DNA of 64,000 nucleotides from Brotaphodocola sp. (GTDB lineage Bacteria; Bacillota; Clostridia; Lachnospirales; Lachnospiraceae): NCBI GenBank assembly GCA_051877535.1, contig JBJEIZ010000002.1, positions 945 to 64,944 of the forward strand, read 5' to 3'. Shown piece by piece: positions 62,924 to 64,000 of this stretch (position 1 is its first letter; each line of letters starts with the position of its first letter). The notes under the pieces were generated by a model. It saw only the letters and a program-made list of their open reading frames with translations, ran no database searches and was not told where the DNA came from. The position numbers and the translations under genes were made by a program.

Positions 62924-64000
62924 ATGGGAATTACAAAATTTGTGCTCAAACGCCCGGTCACGGCCATCCTAAGCATCGTGTGCCTTCTTGTGTTTGGTTT
63001 GAAAGCCCTGACAGGTATGTCTATGGAGTTGACTCCGGATATGGATATGTCCATGATGATCATTTTAACCCGATATTCCGGAGCAAGCCCGGAGGATATC
63101 ACAGAGCTGATCACAAAACCGCTGGAGGATTCTGTCAGCACCCTGTCCGGTTTGAAATCCATTTCCTCTAATTCCAGTGAAGGAACCTCTATGATCATGC
63201 TGGAGTACGAATATGGAACGGATATGGATGAGGCCTATGATGACCTGAAGAAAAAGGTGGATATGGTATCTAATATGGAGCTTCCGGAGGATGCGGATAC
63301 ACCGTCCATCATTGAGATGAACTCCAATGCAGGGGCCGATATGACGCTGGTTGTGGATTATCCGGGAAAGGAAAGTCTCTATAACTATGTAAACGATGAA
63401 ATAGTACCGGAATTTGAAAAACTGTCGGATGCGGCCGAAGTGTCTTTGATGGGTGGTGCGGAGGAATATATCCGGATCGAACTGATTGAAGAAAAAGTCA
63501 AGCAATATGGGGTATCCATGGCATCCATTGCATCAGATATAGAAGGGGCGGATATTTCCTATCCGGCAGGAGAAACGAAGGTGGGAAGCCAGGAACTGTC
63601 TCTTTCCACCAAGATGAATTATGATACGGAAGAAGCCCTTGCCGACATTCCGCTGACGACGTCCGGCAATGAGATTGTGTATCTGGCTGATGTAGCCAAT
63701 ATTTACCGGGCTTCGGATGATGGGGACAGTATTGCCCGTTATAATGGAAATGATACGATTTCCCTCAGGATTACCAAGCAGCAGAGTTCGACTTCTATGG
63801 CTTTGTCGAAGGCGGTCAACGGCGTGATCGATTCTCTGATGCGGCAGGATCCGAATCTGACGATTACGGTTATCGACGATAATGCGGATTCCATTACCAG
63901 TTCTTTAAAATCCGTGGCGGAAACGCTGATTCTGGCAATTCTCATTTCCATGGGGATTATCTGGCTGTTCCTGGGAGATTTGAGAGCATCTATGATTGTC
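62924..64000 (+). CDS. RND efflux permease (AcrB/HAE family), N-terminal 359 codons; continues off-window
   Basis: MGITKFVLKRPVTAILSIVCLLVFG...SGASPEDITELITKPLEDSVSTLSGLKSISSNSSEGTS. The frame is open to the window end, and the ORF is absent from the track because it has no stop. Confidence 0.85.
   Translation, partial: MGITKFVLKRPVTAILSIVCLLVFGLKALTGMSMELTPDMDMSMMIILTRYSGASPEDITELITKPLEDSVSTLSGLKSISSNSSEGTSMIMLEYEYGTDMDEAYDDLKKKVDMVSNMELPEDADTPSIIEMNSNAGADMTLVVDYPGKESLYNYVNDEIVPEFEKLSDAAEVSLMGGAEEYIRIELIEEKVKQYGVSMASIASDIEGADISYPAGETKVGSQELSLSTKMNYDTEEALADIPLTTSGNEIVYLADVANIYRASDDGDSIARYNGNDTISLRITKQQSSTSMALSKAVNGVIDSLMRQDPNLTITVIDDNADSITSSLKSVAETLILAILISMGIIWLFLGDLRASMIV

Overview
The window reads as chromosomal DNA from an anaerobic Firmicute, probably Clostridia or Lachnospiraceae-like. 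That placement is an inference from gene content and synteny; no database search was possible. About 60 protein genes are supportable, and no rRNA, tRNA or CRISPR array was seen.

Layout:
- 1-2840: AT-rich edge of an integrated mobile element, with a truncated YoeB toxin gene, a decayed ISAzo13-type transposase and a 555-aa large serine recombinase.
- 2.8-25.4 kb: core housekeeping genes. These are lepB, rsmD-coaD-ylbJ, rRNA/tRNA modification enzymes, a YgiQ radical-SAM protein, recU, a PurF paralog, the hisZGDBA-IE operon, pepT and a secreted cell-wall-binding/CAP protein.
- 25.5-31.7 kb: a TetR - MMPL exporter - 1063-aa GLUG-repeat surface protein unit.
- 31.75-33.4 kb: an AT-rich island with no called ORFs. 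It holds two tandem, fully equipped mini-genes for 43- and 42-aa cationic/hydrophobic peptides. This is my top candidate for something undescribed.
- 33.4-37 kb: a transglutaminase-like secreted protein plus a DUF4125 - TPR - DUF4037 (nucleotidyltransferase-fold) trio of unknown function.
- 37-43.5 kb: a rubredoxin-fused GltS-type FMN protein, a MATE pump, an amidohydrolase and an alanine/glycine:cation symporter with a long leader.
- 43.5-55.6 kb: a 12-kb Car/Cai-like acyl-CoA reductase/Etf cluster of unknown substrate. It contains a thioesterase, two ACADs, a family III CoA-transferase, EtfBA, a CoA ligase, a desulfoferrodoxin-like protein with a degenerate active site, two transporters and a LysR regulator.
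- 55.6-64 kb: MarR plus a heterodimeric ABC exporter, and a two-component system divergent from an MFP/RND pump, with phased direct repeats between them.

All protein calls rest on motif recognition from memory, not on searches.
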